NCBI GenBank assembly: GCA_964396135.1
Contig: CAYNED010000002.1
Location: forward strand, 1 to 36,782
DNA length: 36,782 bases
Source of the DNA: an uncultured Neorhizobium sp.
Lineage (GTDB): Bacteria; Pseudomonadota; Alphaproteobacteria; Rhizobiales; Rhizobiaceae
Direction: 5' to 3'
The position numbers were made by a program, and so were the translations under genes. The notes under the pieces were generated by a model, which worked only from the letters and a program-made list of their open reading frames with translations, searched no databases and was not told the DNA's origin. Numbering within the stretch: the stretch's first letter is position 1; each line of letters begins with the position of its first letter. Shown in pieces: positions 34,798 to 36,782 of this stretch.

Positions 34798-36354
34798 TCA
34801 GGCTGTCGCCAAGACCTTGTCGCGTTCCGTGAGGTAGGCCAGCGCTTCTTGAGCCGGCATGGGGCGCCCGAAGATGTAGCCTTGGCCGATATCGCAGCCT
34901 TGCGAGAGGAAGTAGGCGACCTGCTGGTGATCCTCCAGCCCTTCCACAGTCGTCTTGGCGTTCAGGTTGCGACTTAGCCCCAGCATGGCTTGGATGATCT
35001 TGGCCTGCCGGTCGTCGCTGGCGGACCTACCGACAAAGCTCTTGTCGATCTTGATCTTGTCGAACTCGAAGCGGGCGAGTTGCGACAAGCTTGAATAGCC
35101 CGTTCCAAAATCGTCGAGGGCCACCTGAATTCCTGCTTCGTGAAGCTCTTCCATGATTTTCGCCGCCAGATCCGGATCCTCCACGAGGGCGTTCTCCGTA
35201 ATTTCGATCTCCAGTCGATTTGGCGGCAAGCCGGTCCTCCCGAGGATGTCGAAGATGCGAGCCGAGAGCAGCCGATCCTCCATCTGCACGGGTGAAACGT
35301 TGAAGGAGAGAGTGATATCGTCGCGCCAGTGTTTGGCATCCTGGCAAGCCTGTTGCAGGACCCGCTGGAAAAGCAGGGTGATCAGACCTGTCTCTTCTGC
35401 GACGGGAATGAAGAAGCTTGGCGGGACATCAGTGCCATCCGCCTGCCTCCACCGGGCCAAGGCCTCAAAGCCGCAGACATCGCCGGTTCGAAGGTTGATG
35501 AGCGGTTGATAGAACGGCTTGATCAGATCCGTCTCGATTGCCTCCCGGAGCTCCCGTTCGAGCTTCGCCCGCTTGTTGACCTTCTGTTGCATGTCGCGAT
35601 CGAACAGGATGTGGTTATTGGGGCCGCGGGCTTTCGCCTCATAAAGGGCAATGTCAGAGAGATGCGAGACTTCTTCCAGATCTGCGCCATGCTCGGGGAA
35701 CCGTGCATAGCCAACGCTTGCCCCTACGCCCGCAGTCATATCTCCCAGATGAACCGGCCGGGTAACGGACTGCACCAACAACTGTGCGAAGCGCTCTTCC
35801 TTTTCAGGCGTCATGTTGCGCATCACGGCGATGAACTCGTCACCGCCGAAGCGGAAGACGCTGCCCATCTCAGCCAGGGCACAGATCCTGCGCGCAACTT
35901 CTTTCAGCAGAGCATCTCCGCCTTGATGGCCTAGCAGATCATTCACTTTCTTGAAGCCGTCCAGGTCGATGGAATATACCGTGGCAGACAAGATAGGCGC
36001 CTGCTCGGCATCGTCATCCATCAGCGGCTGCAGGCGGAAACGATCGAACGCGTAGCGGTTCGGCAGTTTGGTGAGATGGTCGTGGGTGGCGATGTAATCG
36101 GCTTGTTTCTCTGCTTCTACCCGCCTCACCATCTCGTAGCGCAGGTCCGCGATCCGCAGAATGGAATAGACAAAGCTGACAAGGCCGCCTACGGCAGCCG
36201 TGATGATCACCAGATCCTGACGGCTGCCGCTGATGGCGCCGAACACGTAGAAGATCTGCTCTCTGAAGTTGACTGCGGCGATCCAAACAGCAGCAGCGAT
36301 GGCGCCCGACAAAAGGAACTGCCTTCCGGCCCGGCTCTTGAAAAACTCGTCCAT
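34798..36354 (-). CDS. Membrane-anchored GGDEF-EAL diguanylate cyclase/phosphodiesterase
   Basis: Two N-terminal TM helices, coiled coil, DHLTKLPNR, DLDGFKKVND, RFGGDEF, FEALARW, IEITE, DDFGTGYSS, KIDKSF, VEGLE, QGY. Confidence 0.93.
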   Translation of the reverse strand: MDEFFKSRAGRQFLLSGAIAAAVWIAAVNFREQIFYVFGAISGSRQDLVIITAAVGGLVSFVYSILRIADLRYEMVRRVEAEKQADYIATHDHLTKLPNRYAFDRFRLQPLMDDDAEQAPILSATVYSIDLDGFKKVNDLLGHQGGDALLKEVARRICALAEMGSVFRFGGDEFIAVMRNMTPEKEERFAQLLVQSVTRPVHLGDMTAGVGASVGYARFPEHGADLEEVSHLSDIALYEAKARGPNNHILFDRDMQQKVNKRAKLERELREAIETDLIKPFYQPLINLRTGDVCGFEALARWRQADGTDVPPSFFIPVAEETGLITLLFQRVLQQACQDAKHWRDDITLSFNVSPVQMEDRLLSARIFDILGRTGLPPNRLEIEITENALVEDPDLAAKIMEELHEAGIQVALDDFGTGYSSLSQLARFEFDKIKIDKSFVGRSASDDRQAKIIQAMLGLSRNLNAKTTVEGLEDHQQVAYFLSQGCDIGQGYIFGRPMPAQEALAYLTERDKVLATA

Positions 36355-36428
36355 ACCCCACTCTCCTGCCCCAGCATTATCAGGAATTGCTGAACGAGAG
36401 GTTCATGTTGCGCCTGCATCGACACCAC

Positions 36429-36453
36429 GGAACCGACAGCTCGCGCAGGGGTT
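36429..36453 (+). promoter_or_regulatory. EcfG/RpoE2-type promoter
   Basis: GGAAC-N16-GGTT, ending 27 nt before ATG 36481. Confidence 0.78.
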
Positions 36454-36480
36454 TTTCTGGTCTCAACAAAGGAGATCAAA

Positions 36481-36782
36481 ATGTCCAACCACGATGATGC
36501 TGCGAAGGCCTGGGAATTAATCGAACGTATTGGTTTCTGCATGCTGGCCACGCAGGACGGTCGTGACATCCGTTCGCGTCCGATGTCCGCCTACACCAAG
36601 AAGGACGAGAACGCCGTCTTCTTTCTCACAGATGTCGCAAGCCATAAGGACGAAGAGATCGCGCGGTGGCCCAATGTTTGCCTCGCATTCGCGGATACCA
36701 AGGGGCAGAAATACGTCTCGGTCTCAGGCACCGCACAGGTTCTCAACGACCGCGATCTAATTCGCGAAATCTGGTCGGTCCC
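36481..36782 (+). CDS. General stress protein, pyridoxamine 5'-phosphate oxidase-like FMN-binding split barrel; 3'-truncated and absent from the ORF track
   Basis: AAGGAGA RBS; manual translation MSNHDDAAKAWELIERIGFCMLATQDGRDIRSRPMSAYTKKDENAVFFLTDVASHKDEEIARWPNVCLAFADTKGQKYVSVSGTAQVLNDRDLIREIWSV runs off the window. Confidence 0.88.
   Translation, partial: MSNHDDAAKAWELIERIGFCMLATQDGRDIRSRPMSAYTKKDENAVFFLTDVASHKDEEIARWPNVCLAFADTKGQKYVSVSGTAQVLNDRDLIREIWSV

Noticed and set aside
1-36782. Mobile elements, CRISPR arrays, tRNA/rRNA, anti-phage defence genes
   Set aside because: No transposase, integrase, repeat-spacer pattern or structural RNA was recognised by eye. The QueD-like gene has no dpd/queC/tgt neighbours, so a 7-deazaguanine DNA-modification system is not supported.

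Overview
A gene-dense, GC-rich window, most likely from a Rhizobiaceae-type alphaproteobacterium (inferred from the frcRBCAK and uxaC-TRAP-kduI layouts and EcfG/RpoE2-type promoters). I saw no rRNA, tRNA, CRISPR array or mobile element. From left to right: the 3' part of a sulfite-oxidase-like molybdoenzyme, mmsB, modCB without modA, a DUF892 ferritin-like stress protein, and a LysR-controlled operon (ureohydrolase, polyamine-type ABC transporter, DavA-like amidase). Next is a 10-gene, ~9.5 kb cluster (10969-20506): reductase-only RibD, SAM methyltransferase, GT4 glycosyltransferase, Cys-less QueD/PTPS-like T-fold protein, Zn-less MDR dehydrogenase, RibA paralog, CDP-alcohol phosphatidyltransferase, FkbM methyltransferase, flippase-like membrane protein and an LtaS/sulfatase-fold membrane transferase. 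It is followed by a hexuronate locus, a divergent pair of small stress genes, the fructose ABC locus frcRBCAK, ureidoglycine aminohydrolase, a GGDEF-EAL protein and the 5' part of a general stress protein. The best candidate for an undescribed system is the 10-gene cluster. I infer that it builds a GTP-derived, glycosylated/methylated compound, attaches it to a lipid, flips it and transfers it to an envelope acceptor. A GGAAC-N16-CATT promoter in front of its ribD-like gene links it to the general stress response; four other GGAAC-N16-xxTT sites in the window precede known or plausible stress genes. All calls come from motif recognition by eye; no searches were run.
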